Shown: positions 1 through 9,467, counted from the stretch's first letter. The stretch: DNA of 64,000 nt from Chloroflexi bacterium CSP1-4 (GCA_001443375.1 LDXM01000004.1:75266-139265); one strand, 5' to 3'. Numbers and translations are program-made. Notes: generated from the letters alone by a model not told the origin.

Positions 1-1366
1 CTACTGGCTGGCCCTGAGCGGCCTCTGGGCGGGCCTCGGCCTCCAGCTGCAGCCTGTCATCGGCCAGCACCTCATCTGTCCGCCGGGCGTCGAGTTCGCC
101 GTCTGCGCGACGCTGCCGGTCGAGCGGCTCATCCCCGTGGCCTTCGACATCCGCCTCCGGCCGGAGGTCGCCGTCGGTATCATCGGGCTCGTCGGTTCGA
201 TCGTCGCGTTCGTCGTCCAACCCCTCGCGGCCGCGCTCAGCGATTACACCCGCACGCGGATCGGCCGGCGGCGACCCTGGATCCTCGTCGGCACGGCGCT
301 CGACGTCGTCTTCCTCGTGGCCCTTGCGAACTCCCAGACGTTCCTCGCCTTCGCCGTCCTGATCACGCTGCTGCAGTTCTCCAGCAACCTCGCCCAAGGT
401 CCCTTTCAGGGCTACGTGCCAGACCTCGTGCCCGAGCGGCAGGTGGGCGCCGCCTCGGGCCTGGTGGGCATGATGTCGGTGGGCGGTCAGCTCGTCGGGG
501 CCGGCATCGCGGGGGCCGCGGTCGCGTTCGGGGAGATCAGCCTGGGCATCCTCGGGCTCGCCGCGCTCGAGGTGGCGACGATGCTCCCGGCCGTCTTCGG
601 CGTGGCCGATCGACCGGTCGAGATGCCTGAGCGCACCGGCTCGGGGATGGCCGCCGTCCGTGGCGCGCTGGCCGAGGCATGGGGCCATCGGAGCTTCATC
701 TGGCTCCTCGTCAGCCGCATGTTCATCCTCATGACGACCGGGACGCTCGTCGCGCTCGCCCAGTTCTTCCTGACCCGCTCGATGGGATACAGCGAGGCCG
801 AGGCGGCCGCGGCGATCATCATCCTGCTGGCCCTCACGGTCCTCACGGCTGCCGTCGTCGCCGCCTGGGCCGGGCCAGCGTCGGATCGGCTCGGGCGCCG
901 GCGCGTGATCTGGATCAGCTGCGCCATCGGTGCGGCCGGCATGCTCGCCATGGCGATCGCTCCCGCCCAGCCGGAGCTGGCCCTCGCCGGCCTGCGCTTC
1001 CCGCTGGGCGGCCTCGCTGCGGTGCCCGTCGGCATCGGGGCCGGCATGTTCATCTCCGTGGATTGGGCGCTCATGGTGGACATCGTCCCCAAGGCCACGG
1101 CCGGCCGGTACATGGGTATCAGCAACGTGGTCACGGCGACCTCGGGCGCCATCGCCGGTGCACTCGGCGGCGTCGTGATCGCCCTCGTCACCGGCGCGAC
1201 GGGCGATGCCGGGCTGGGTCCCCGGGTCGCGCTCGCCGTCACACTGGCCTTCTACGCACTGGGGGCGTGGACGCTGCGTCGCGTCGATACCCGCTCCTTC
1301 GAGGTCCAGATGGCCGAACGGCGCGGGCCGGTGGCCATCGTGCCCGAGGCGTCCGTCGAAGCGTAG
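1..1366 (+). CDS. MFS transporter (5' partial; frame open to window edge)
   Basis: No stop codon in this frame from position 2 to the listed Met at 137, so the gene enters from upstream. The product has multiple hydrophobic helices and MFS-like loops (GRRRPWILVG, DRLGRRRVIWISCAIG). Confidence 0.7.
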   Translation, partial: YWLALSGLWAGLGLQLQPVIGQHLICPPGVEFAVCATLPVERLIPVAFDIRLRPEVAVGIIGLVGSIVAFVVQPLAAALSDYTRTRIGRRRPWILVGTALDVVFLVALANSQTFLAFAVLITLLQFSSNLAQGPFQGYVPDLVPERQVGAASGLVGMMSVGGQLVGAGIAGAAVAFGEISLGILGLAALEVATMLPAVFGVADRPVEMPERTGSGMAAVRGALAEAWGHRSFIWLLVSRMFILMTTGTLVALAQFFLTRSMGYSEAEAAAAIIILLALTVLTAAVVAAWAGPASDRLGRRRVIWISCAIGAAGMLAMAIAPAQPELALAGLRFPLGGLAAVPVGIGAGMFISVDWALMVDIVPKATAGRYMGISNVVTATSGAIAGALGGVVIALVTGATGDAGLGPRVALAVTLAFYALGAWTLRRVDTRSFEVQMAERRGPVAIVPEASVEA

Positions 1367-1392
1367 GCGGGCGCCGCTGCTCGGGGCTCCTT

Positions 1393-2166
1393 CTACCCCA
1401 GCCCGAAGAACGCACGCGCTCGCGCGGCCATGCTATGGCGGGCCGCCCTCGCCGCGTCCTCGCCGCGCCAACGGCCTCGAACGCCGGCGACGGCGTCCCC
1501 GATCGCTGCCCCCATCTCGCGCAGGCCGCGCCGCTCCAGGTCGCCCAACGGCCGCGGGTGGCGCCAGAACCACGGCACCGTGCCCCACAGGAGGAGCACG
1601 TAGTCGATGCGCAGCGGCCGGGGGAAGTTCACTGCCGTCTCGATCTGCGCCAGCGTCTGCGGCCAGGTCAGCAGCGAGAACGCGATCGCCAGCGCGCCCG
1701 CGGCGAGGCCCCACAGGCGTGCTCGCGGCGGCAGGAAGATGAAGAGCAGGGCGGGGAACCACTTCATGCTCGCGGCCAGCGCCCACAGCGCCCCGCCCAG
1801 ACGTGGTCCGGTGAACTGCGCGGCCCAGACAGCCATGGCCAGGAAGAGCGTCACGTTGCCCGTGTCGAGCGTGACGGTGATCGGGACGGCCAGGAGCGCC
1901 ACGATCATGGCCGTGCGCAGGGGCCGGCGCCGATAGGCCCAGTCGATCGACAGGAGCAGGAGGATGACGTTCATGCCGCGCCAGGCGAACCAGGCCACGT
2001 TCCAGGGCAGCAGCGCCCAGGGCAGGAAGACGGGCAGCAGCCAGGGGGCATAGACGTAGGGCAGGAAAGGCCCCGAGGGGTGGTAGGGGTCGCCCCCGGC
2101 GAGCCAGATGCGGACCCCGGCCCAGTACGCCCGCGCGTCGGCGCCGGCCAGCTCGCCGCGCGCCAT
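1393..2166 (-). CDS. GT87/DUF2029-like integral membrane glycosyltransferase-family protein (start uncertain)
   Basis: C-terminal 257 aa of ORF 1393..2646 are rich in W/F/P/L helices (GDPYHPSGPFLPYVYAPWLLPVFLPWALLPWNVAWFAWRGMNVILLLLSIDWAYRRRPLRTAMIVALLAVPITV), typical of DUF2029 mannosyltransferase-like proteins. The upstream 160 codons of the ORF are D/G/A/R-rich and lie antisense to cphB. The first in-frame ATG is at 2166. No in-frame GTG/TTG was found between 2166 and 2440, so an N-terminal TM helix (LAAVALLAIAGGLVIAFL) may require a non-canonical start. Confidence 0.4.
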   Translation of the reverse strand: MARGELAGADARAYWAGVRIWLAGGDPYHPSGPFLPYVYAPWLLPVFLPWALLPWNVAWFAWRGMNVILLLLSIDWAYRRRPLRTAMIVALLAVPITVTLDTGNVTLFLAMAVWAAQFTGPRLGGALWALAASMKWFPALLFIFLPPRARLWGLAAGALAIAFSLLTWPQTLAQIETAVNFPRPLRIDYVLLLWGTVPWFWRHPRPLGDLERRGLREMGAAIGDAVAGVRGRWRGEDAARAARHSMAARARAFFGLG

Positions 2167-2439
2167 GAGGAAGGCGATGACGAGGCCGCCGGCGATGGCC
2201 AGCAGAGCGACGGCGGCGAGGCGTTCCGGGTCGCGCAGGCGCGAGATCTCGCGCCCGGCGGCGCGTCGGAGGACACCCGCGCGACGGTGTGTCGGCTGGT
2301 CGATCCGGGAGGCGTGTGGGTCCTGGGCGAGCAGTGGTCCGGCCTCGGGCGGTGGCGGCGCTCCCCTGACGGCGCCGGCCTCCGATGCTACAGCACCCCA
2401 CCAGCGTCCCGGCCAGGGACCCCCGTCTATACTCCCCGG

Positions 2440-3279
2440 ATGGCCGAAGGGCACGTCATCGTCATCGGCGGCGCCGAGGACAAGGTCCGCGAGCGGGTCA
2501 TCCTCAACCGCTTCATCGCCCTCGCCGGCGGCCCCGATGCGCGTGTCGCGGTCATCAGCACCGCCTCTGCGCTGGGCACGGCCGCGGGCGAGCTGTATCG
2601 CCGGGTCTTCACCGAGCTTGGCTGCCGCGAGGTCCGCTCGGTCCACGCCATGACCCGCGCGCAGGCCAACGACGACAGCGGCGCCCGCGTCGTGCGCGAG
2701 GCGACGGGCATCTTCCTGACCGGCGGCAACCAGCTGCGCCTCAGCGCGACGATCGGTGGGACGCGCCTAGCGCAGGCCATCCTCGAGCGCCACCGGCAGG
2801 GGGCCGTGGTGGCCGGCACGAGCGCGGGGGCCTCGGCCATGAGCTCACACATGGTGGCCTTCGGGGCCAGCGGCGGGTCGCCGCGCCAGCGCATGGCGCA
2901 GATGGCAGCGGGATTGGGCGTCCTGCCCGGCGTCATCGTCGACCAGCACTTCCAGCAGCGCAACCGGCTGGGACGTCTGCTGGCGATCATCGCCCAGAAC
3001 CCGTCGCTGCTGGGCATCGGCGTGGACGAGGATACCGCCGGCGTGGTGGGCCCGGACCAGGTGCTCGAGGTCATCGGCCGGCGCAGCGTCACCATCATCG
3101 ACGGCTCGGGCGCCGACACCGACGCCTGGGACGTGCCGGCCCATCGGCCGCTGATGATCAGCAACGTCGTCCTCCATTCGCTGCCCGCGGGCTATCGTTT
3201 CGACCTCCGGCGGCGGGTGCGACTGGCGACCCCGGCGCTGCACGCCATCCCCGGCGGGGAGTCGGTCGCTTCCAGCTAG
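2440..3279 (+). CDS. cphB: cyanophycinase (peptidase S51)
   Basis: MAEGHVIVIGGAEDKV...GIFLTGGNQLRL...VVAGTSAGASAMSSHM...GVIVDQHFQQRNRLGRL gives 279 aa with the S51 nucleophile and dimer motifs. ATG at 2440 lies 6 nt after TATACT (2428-2433), a leaderless-type promoter. It is 20 nt upstream of cphA. Confidence 0.85.
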   Translation: MAEGHVIVIGGAEDKVRERVILNRFIALAGGPDARVAVISTASALGTAAGELYRRVFTELGCREVRSVHAMTRAQANDDSGARVVREATGIFLTGGNQLRLSATIGGTRLAQAILERHRQGAVVAGTSAGASAMSSHMVAFGASGGSPRQRMAQMAAGLGVLPGVIVDQHFQQRNRLGRLLAIIAQNPSLLGIGVDEDTAGVVGPDQVLEVIGRRSVTIIDGSGADTDAWDVPAHRPLMISNVVLHSLPAGYRFDLRRRVRLATPALHAIPGGESVASS

Positions 3280-3299
3280 GCCCCGCTTCGGAGGGAACG

Positions 3300-6131
3300 G
3301 TGACCCAGACGATCGTCGCATCGGCCACCCTGTCGGGGCCGCGCCCCGAGCTGCGGATCGTCGAGACGCGGGTCCTGCGCGGCCCGAACTACTGGGCCCG
3401 CGAGCCGGTCATCCGCATGGTCGTCGACCTGGGCGTCCTCGAGGGCTTCCCCTCCGACCGGATCCCCGGCTTCACCGACCGCCTGGTGGAGCTGATGCCC
3501 ACGCTCGAGGAGCACGCCTGCTCGCTCGGGCGCCGGGGCGGCTTCATCAGCCGTCTCCGCGAGGGCACCTGGATGGGCCACATCGCCGAGCACATCGCGC
3601 TCGAGATGCAGACGCTGGCGGGGACCGAGGCGCGCCACGGCAAGACACGCTCCACGGGGGCGCACGGCCAGTACAACGTCATCTACGAGTACGGCGAGGA
3701 ACGCGTCGGCATCGAGGCCGGCAAGATCGCCGTCGCCTTCGTCAACCACCTCGTGGCGCCGGACGATCCAGCCGGCGCGGGTTTCGACTACGCCGCCGAG
3801 CAGGAGCGCCTCATCCGGCTCGCCGAGCGCCAGGCTTTCGGGCCCTCCACGCAGGCCCTCATCGACGAGGCCGTGCAGCGCGACATCCCCTGGATCCGCC
3901 TCGACCGCTTCAGCCTCATCCAGCTCGGGCAGGGCGTGCACCAGCAGCGCATCCGGGCCACCATGACCTCGCGCACGGGCGCCATCGCGGTCGACATCGC
4001 CTCCGACAAGAGCCTGACCAACCAGCTCCTGAGCGCCGCCGGCCTGCCGGTGCCGCGCTCTGAAGTGGTCGGCGAAGAGGAGGAGGCGGTGCGTGCCGCC
4101 CGGTCGATCGGCTTCCCCTGCGTGATCAAGCCGCTAGACGGCAACCACGGCCGGGGCGTCAACCTCGACCTGCGCGACGACGCCGCCGTGCGCCGGGCAT
4201 TCCCCATCGCCCTCGAGCAGTCACGCAGCGGCGACGTCGTGGTCGAGAGCTACGTCGCCGGCAACGACTACCGCTGCCTTGTCATCGGCGGGCACGTGGC
4301 CGCCATCGCCGAGCGCGTGCCGGCCAGCGTCACCGGCGATGGCGAGCGCACGGTCCGCGCGCTCGTGGAGGTCGAGAATGCGGATCCCCGCCGGGGCATC
4401 GGCCACGAGAAGGTGCTCACGAAGATCAAGGTCGACGCCGCCGCCGAAGAGCTGCTGCGGGCCCAGGGCTGGGAGCTCGACGCCGTGCCTCCCAAGGGGA
4501 CCTGGATCAAGCTCGCGCTGACCGGCAACATGTCCACCGGCGGCACGTCGATCGACCGCACCGTCGAAGCCCATCCGGAGAACGTGGAGATCGCCGAGAC
4601 GGCCGCGCGCGTGGTCGGGCTCGACGTGGCCGGCATCGACTTCATCGTGCCCGACATCGCCATCCCCGTGCGCGACCAGGGCGGCGCCATCGTCGAGGTC
4701 AACGCCGCCCCCGGCTTCCGCATGCACACGCATCCCACCGTGGGCGAGCCGCAGTACGTGGCCAGGCCGGTGCTCGACCTGCTCTTCCCGCCCGGCACGC
4801 CGGCGCGCATCCCGATCGTGGCGGTCACGGGCACGAACGGCAAGACGACCACGGTGCGCATGATCGCCCACATCCTCAAGCTCATGGGCCGGCGCGTGGG
4901 CATGACCACCACCGACGGCATCGTCATCGACGGGCGGCTCATCAAGCGCGGCGACATGTCCGGCCCGAAGTCGGCGCAGATGGTGCTGCAGAACCCGTCC
5001 GTGGACACGGCCGTCTTCGAGGTGGCGCGCGGCGGCATCCTGCGCGAGGGCCTGGGTTACGACCGCAACGACGTGGCCGTGGTCACCAACGTGACCGGCG
5101 ATCATCTCGGGCTGGGCGGCATCACCACGCTGCGCCAACTGGCCGACGTGAAGGGGGTCGTGGTGGAGGCCGTCCCCCGCTCCGGGACGGCCGTGCTCAA
5201 CGCCGACGACCCGCACGTCGCGCGCCTGGCACGGCACAGCCACGGCAAGATCGTCTACTTCTCCATGGCCACCGGCCGCGACGAGGACGGCTGGCTGCGC
5301 GTGGACAGCCACTGCGGCCGCGGCGGCGCGGCGATGGTCCTCCAGGAGACCGAGGAGGGCGAGCTGGTCGTGCTGCGCCACGGGTCGCGCACGATGCCCC
5401 TCCTGCACGCGCACCTCATGCCGGCCACGTTCGGGGGGCGGGCGCGCATGAACGTGGCCAACGCGCTCGCCGCGGCCGCGGCGGCCTGGGCGGCCGGCGC
5501 CCACCTGCACGACATCCGGCAGGGGCTGCGGACCTTCTCGACCTCCTTCTTCCAGGCGCCCGGCAGGCTCAACCTCATCGAGATGAACGGCTACAAGGTC
5601 GTCATCGACTACTGCCACAACGTGGACGGCATGCGCCGCCTGGCCGAGTTCGTGGAGCTCATGATGGCCGGCGACGAGCCGGGCCCGAAACGAGGTCGAG
5701 GGCGTACGCGGGCCGTCGAGCCGGGCGCGCGGGCCGGGCGGGCACTCGGGGTCATCGGCATCCCCGGCGACCGGCCCGACCACGACCAGCGCGAGTACGG
5801 GGCGCTCGCCGCCACCGCCTTCGATCGCCTCTACGTACGCGAGGACCACAACCTGCGCGGCCGGAAGCCTGGCGAGTCGGCGGCCAACGTGCTCGCCGGG
5901 GTCGAGACGGCGCGGAAGCACGGGCGGGCCCGCACCGAGCAGGCCGACGCCGTCCTGGGTGAGATCGAGGCGTCGCGCGTCGCGCTGCGCGAGGCACAGC
6001 CCGGCGATCTCGTCGTCATCTGCGCGGACGACGCCGCGGCCGTCTACGGGGAGGCGATGGCCCTCAACCGTGCGCCGCGCCGCGGCACGGCCATCGTCGC
6101 GCCGGGAGAGATGGCCGTCCCGGAGGGGTAG
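3300..6131 (+). CDS. cphA: cyanophycin synthetase CphA1 (N domain + ATP-grasp G domain + Mur-ligase M domain)
   Basis: GTG at 3300 follows GGAGGG (3290-3295). N-terminus has LRGPNYW. The ATP-grasp region has IKPLDGNHGRGV...VVESYVAGNDYRCLVIGG. The Mur-ligase P-loop is VAVTGTNGKTTT, with DHLGLGG and a C-terminal IGIPGDRPD. Length is 943 aa. The six-frame ORF 2385..6131 is longer only through upstream read-through. Confidence 0.9.
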   Translation: MTQTIVASATLSGPRPELRIVETRVLRGPNYWAREPVIRMVVDLGVLEGFPSDRIPGFTDRLVELMPTLEEHACSLGRRGGFISRLREGTWMGHIAEHIALEMQTLAGTEARHGKTRSTGAHGQYNVIYEYGEERVGIEAGKIAVAFVNHLVAPDDPAGAGFDYAAEQERLIRLAERQAFGPSTQALIDEAVQRDIPWIRLDRFSLIQLGQGVHQQRIRATMTSRTGAIAVDIASDKSLTNQLLSAAGLPVPRSEVVGEEEEAVRAARSIGFPCVIKPLDGNHGRGVNLDLRDDAAVRRAFPIALEQSRSGDVVVESYVAGNDYRCLVIGGHVAAIAERVPASVTGDGERTVRALVEVENADPRRGIGHEKVLTKIKVDAAAEELLRAQGWELDAVPPKGTWIKLALTGNMSTGGTSIDRTVEAHPENVEIAETAARVVGLDVAGIDFIVPDIAIPVRDQGGAIVEVNAAPGFRMHTHPTVGEPQYVARPVLDLLFPPGTPARIPIVAVTGTNGKTTTVRMIAHILKLMGRRVGMTTTDGIVIDGRLIKRGDMSGPKSAQMVLQNPSVDTAVFEVARGGILREGLGYDRNDVAVVTNVTGDHLGLGGITTLRQLADVKGVVVEAVPRSGTAVLNADDPHVARLARHSHGKIVYFSMATGRDEDGWLRVDSHCGRGGAAMVLQETEEGELVVLRHGSRTMPLLHAHLMPATFGGRARMNVANALAAAAAAWAAGAHLHDIRQGLRTFSTSFFQAPGRLNLIEMNGYKVVIDYCHNVDGMRRLAEFVELMMAGDEPGPKRGRGRTRAVEPGARAGRALGVIGIPGDRPDHDQREYGALAATAFDRLYVREDHNLRGRKPGESAANVLAGVETARKHGRARTEQADAVLGEIEASRVALREAQPGDLVVICADDAAAVYGEAMALNRAPRRGTAIVAPGEMAVPEG

Positions 6132-6149
6132 GGGCGGTCGGGCCGGCGG

Positions 6150-6245
6150 TCAGGCGCGCGGCAGGTTGGCGGAGACGATCCGGACGATCCAGAGGATCTC
6201 GAGCGCGGAGATGACGACGAGCGCGATGCCGACGATCGTTTCCAT
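6150..6245 (-). CDS. small hydrophobic membrane peptide (31 aa), METIVGIALVVISALEILWIVRIVSANLPRA
   Basis: ATG at 6245 is preceded by AGGAGG (plus-strand cctcct 6251-6256) with 5-nt spacing. It encodes a single TM helix and sits in the 215-bp convergent gap between cphA and the CphA paralog. It is the only strong-SD ORF in that gap. Confidence 0.35.
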   Translation of the reverse strand: METIVGIALVVISALEILWIVRIVSANLPRA

Positions 6246-6346
6246 CGGTTCCTCCTGCACGCCGCGGTGGGCACGGCGGTCATGGGGCATGATGCCGGGC
6301 CGCGCGAACGCGTGCAAGGCTTTCGCGCAACCGGGCGGCCCGGCCG

Positions 6347-8134
6347 TCAACGCCCCCGGTACGGCCGACCCTGCAGGCGGGGGATGAGTTCCAGGAGCTC
6401 GGCGCCGGCGTCGATCGGTCGCGCGCCCAGCTCGGCCAGGAGCTGCTGGACCCCATCGCGGTCCTCGTGGCACATCAGCGCGACGACCGCCGGCTCGTTG
6501 GCGCCGTTGCCGTTGCCGCGGGCGAGGACGGCAGCCAGGGCCGCCGTCTCGCTCTCGTGGACGGGCACGTCGGCGGCGCGCACGCCCGCCTCCGCCAGGC
6601 CGGCCCGGAACTCCCCCACGACCGACTCGCGGCTGCGGCCGCGCAGGTACGTGAGCGTCTCCTTGATGACCACGTGGCTCGCCCGGGCTCCGGCGATCCG
6701 GGCGATGCCGCGCAGGGTGTCGTCGGGCCGGTCGCCGGCGGTGCCGATGATGATGGTCACCGGACGCGCCCGGCCCGCCGCGCCCCCGGCGATCCCCTCG
6801 GCGACGTCGAGCAGGACCGCGACGCCGGCCTCGTTGTGGGCGAAGTCGACGATGACGACCCGGTTTCCCAGGCGGTACAGGTTCAGGCGCCCCGGAGCCT
6901 CCTCCACCGACGGCCGGAAGCCCTGGAGACCGGCGGCGACCTGCTCCACCGCGACCCCCAGCGCACGCGCAGCCGCCACGGCCGCGAGCGCGTTGCCGAC
7001 GTTGTGCCTGGCCAGGCCGAAGAGCGTCGCCGGCGCGTCGGCGATGGCCATCACGGGCTGCCTCGCCTGGCCCGTCGCTTCGATGATCCAGCCCGCCTCG
7101 GCGATCACGGCCCGGCCGCCCCGGGAGAGGTGCCGCCGGATGAGCGGCGCCGTCGTCCCGTGCAGCGAGAAGAGCGTCACCGGCGCGCGGGCTCGTCGCG
7201 CGATGGCGGCAACGAGGGCGTCGTCGGCGTTGAGGACGACGGTACCCGCCGGCCGCGTGATGCGCGCGATCGTCGCCTTCACCTCGGCCAGCTCCGGGAG
7301 CGTGTGGATCCCCTGCAGGTCGAGATGGTCGGAGCTGACGTTGGTGAGGACCGCGACGTCGTTGGACGCGTAGCCCACGCCGCGCAGCAGGATGCCCCCG
7401 CGGGCGGTCTCGAGGACGGCGACCTCCACGTCGGATCGGTCGAGCACCTGCTTCGCTCCACCCGGGCCCGTCCAGTCGCCAGGATCGACCATGCGTCCGT
7501 CCACGTGGACGCCGTCGGACGTCGTCATGCCCACCCGCCGCCCCGCAGCGCGGAGGATCGCGCCGATCATGCGGGTCGTGGTGCTCTTGCCGTTCGTGCC
7601 GCTGACGCTGACGATCGGTATGCGTCGGCGATCGTCGGTGAGCCAGGCCGGCGGGGTCGCACCGGCGGCGCGGATGCGGACGAGCGCGCGGGCCAGCGTA
7701 GGGCTTTTGGCGACCCGCACGGTACGCGGGTCGAGGCCGCGCTCGGTCAGGCGCCAGGCCGCGTCCGCCAGCTCCCGCGCGCGCTCGTGCTCCCGCCACG
7801 GGAAGGCCACGATCCAATGGCCCGGCTCGCTGGTGCGGTGGACGGTGATGGGCAGGGTCCGTCGAGGCCGCCCGTCGGGACTGGTTTCCCGCCCGAGCCA
7901 GGCCGCGCCACCGCTCAGGCGGTGGAGGCGGCGCACCCAGGCAGCCAGGTCGCGGATGGTCCGCGGCACCTCGCGCGCCCGGACGGGACGCCCCAGCGCG
8001 ACGACGGCGTGCGCGCCCGGGAGCCGCGCGCCGTACCACGTGCGGCGTCGGCCGACGGCCACCTCGATCTTCGCGGTGGGCTCCAGGCGGTAGAGGTTGG
8101 GGCCCTCGAGGAGCCGCACTTCGACGAGGCGCAC
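6347..8134 (-). CDS. cyanophycin-synthetase-like protein with CphA N-domain fused directly to Mur-ligase M-domain; no ATP-grasp domain
   Basis: N-terminus MRLVEVRLLEGPNLYRLEPTAKIEVAVG aligns with the CphA N-terminus LRIVETRVLRGPNYWAREPVIRMVVDLG. The Mur-ligase P-loop IPIVSVSGTNGKSTTTRMIGAIL begins at about residue 175. Further matches to the cphA M-domain: GRRVGMTTSDG, DVAVLTNVSSDHLDL, C-terminal IIGTAGDRPDD. It has no DGNHGRGV-type ATP-grasp segment. GTG start at 8134 lies 9 nt after TATACT (minus strand, plus coordinates 8144-8149). Length is 595 aa. Confidence 0.8.
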   Translation of the reverse strand: MRLVEVRLLEGPNLYRLEPTAKIEVAVGRRRTWYGARLPGAHAVVALGRPVRAREVPRTIRDLAAWVRRLHRLSGGAAWLGRETSPDGRPRRTLPITVHRTSEPGHWIVAFPWREHERARELADAAWRLTERGLDPRTVRVAKSPTLARALVRIRAAGATPPAWLTDDRRRIPIVSVSGTNGKSTTTRMIGAILRAAGRRVGMTTSDGVHVDGRMVDPGDWTGPGGAKQVLDRSDVEVAVLETARGGILLRGVGYASNDVAVLTNVSSDHLDLQGIHTLPELAEVKATIARITRPAGTVVLNADDALVAAIARRARAPVTLFSLHGTTAPLIRRHLSRGGRAVIAEAGWIIEATGQARQPVMAIADAPATLFGLARHNVGNALAAVAAARALGVAVEQVAAGLQGFRPSVEEAPGRLNLYRLGNRVVIVDFAHNEAGVAVLLDVAEGIAGGAAGRARPVTIIIGTAGDRPDDTLRGIARIAGARASHVVIKETLTYLRGRSRESVVGEFRAGLAEAGVRAADVPVHESETAALAAVLARGNGNGANEPAVVALMCHEDRDGVQQLLAELGARPIDAGAELLELIPRLQGRPYRGR

Positions 8135-8204
8135 GTTCGGCCGAGTATAGGCGGCCGGGCGGTGCCGTAGACTGCCCGCCGATGGCCCCCCGATCGAGCT
8201 GCCG

Positions 8205-9443
8205 ATGAAGAGCTACCAGCGCGCCGGCGACGTGGCCGAGTCCGAGCTGCGCGCCATGCGCGGGATCGTCGAGGAGGAGCTGCCGGCCTACCTCGAGGAC
8301 CTGGCCACGCTTGTCAACGTCGACTGTGGGAGCTACACGAAGGCCGGCGTGGACCGGGTGGGCCAGTGGACGGCCCGTTTCCTCGAGCGCCTCGGCGCGA
8401 CCGTCGCGATCCACTCGAACGAACGGCTCGGCGACACGATCGTGGGCACCTTCAGGGGCAACCCGCGCGGGCCCCGTGCCCTGCTCATCGGCCACCTCGA
8501 CACGGTCTTCGACCCGGGCACGGCGAAGGAACGGCCCTTCCGCGTCTCCGACGGCCGCGCCTACGGACCGGGCGTCACGGACATGAAGAGCGGCCTCTTG
8601 GCCGGCCTCTACGCGATCCTGGCCCTGCGGGCGGCCGCCGACGATGACGACGACTGGATGCCCTTCGAGCGCCTCGTCTTCGTGGCCAACCCCGACGAGG
8701 AGATCGGCTCGCCGGCCAGCACCGCGATCATCCGCGAGGCGGCGCTGGGATCGGACGTCGCCTTCGTCCTCGAGTGCGCCCGCGCCAATGGCGACATCGT
8801 CAGCTCGCGCAAAGGCACCGTGGACCTGCGCCTGACCATCCGTGGGCGCGCCGCCCACGCCGGCGTCGAGCCCGAGAAGGGCCGCAGCGCCATCCTCGAG
8901 GCCGCCCATCTGACGATCGCCCTCCAGGCGCTCAATGGGCGCTGGCCTGGCGTCACCTGCAACGTCGGCGTGGTGAAGGGCGGCACGCGCCCCAACGTCG
9001 TGTCCGAGCAGGCGGTCCTCGAGGTGGACGTGCGCAGCCCGGGCCGCGCCGATCTCGAGACGGCCGAGGCGGAGGTCCGGGCCATCTGCGCGGCCTCGAC
9101 GGTGCCGGACGTGACGACCACGATCGAGGAGATGGGGCGCCACTGGCCGATGGAGAAGCTGGCGGCATCGGCACGCCTGGTCGACCACGCGCAGGCGCTG
9201 GCCCGACGGCTCGGCTTCGCCGTCCGCGACGCTGAGACCGGTGGCGCCTCGGACGCGAACACCACCTCCGGACTGGGCGTGCCCACGCTCGACGGCCTCG
9301 GCCCGGTCGGCGGCGACGACCACGCCCCGGGCGAGTACCTCGAGCTCGACTCGATCGTGCCTCGCGTCACGCTCCTGGCCGCCCTGCTGCTGGCGACGGC
9401 GCGAGACGGGGTCGTGGCCACCTGGCGGCCGCACCCGGCATGA
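8205..9443 (+). CDS. M20 family metallopeptidase (ArgE/DapE/CPG2-like amidohydrolase)
   Basis: HLDTV motif, GPGVTDMKSG, the EEIGS metal-ligand region and a dimerisation-domain insert. Length is 412 aa. It is divergent from the CphA paralog and directly upstream of ridA. Confidence 0.8.
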   Translation: MKSYQRAGDVAESELRAMRGIVEEELPAYLEDLATLVNVDCGSYTKAGVDRVGQWTARFLERLGATVAIHSNERLGDTIVGTFRGNPRGPRALLIGHLDTVFDPGTAKERPFRVSDGRAYGPGVTDMKSGLLAGLYAILALRAAADDDDDWMPFERLVFVANPDEEIGSPASTAIIREAALGSDVAFVLECARANGDIVSSRKGTVDLRLTIRGRAAHAGVEPEKGRSAILEAAHLTIALQALNGRWPGVTCNVGVVKGGTRPNVVSEQAVLEVDVRSPGRADLETAEAEVRAICAASTVPDVTTTIEEMGRHWPMEKLAASARLVDHAQALARRLGFAVRDAETGGASDANTTSGLGVPTLDGLGPVGGDDHAPGEYLELDSIVPRVTLLAALLLATARDGVVATWRPHPA

Positions 9444-9467
9444 ACGCGTGAGCCGACGCGTGAACCG

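Noticed and set aside
1393-2646. Full 417-aa extent of the GT87-like ORF
   Set aside because: The upstream 160 codons overlap cphB on the opposite strand by about 200 bp and are D/G/A/R-rich. The call was truncated to the first ATG (2166) while flagging the start as unresolved.
679-3279. 866-aa ORF spanning the MFS gene antisense region into cphB
   Set aside because: The first ~585 codons are Arg/Gly/Pro-rich low-complexity translation of the other frame and strand of real genes. Only the last 279 codons (from ATG 2440) encode a recognisable cyanophycinase.
2385-6131. 1248-aa ORF suggesting a giant CphA
   Set aside because: The N-terminal 305 codons are R/G/P-rich read-through across cphB. 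The true cphA start is GTG 3300 with GGAGGG SD and the LRGPNYW N-terminus.
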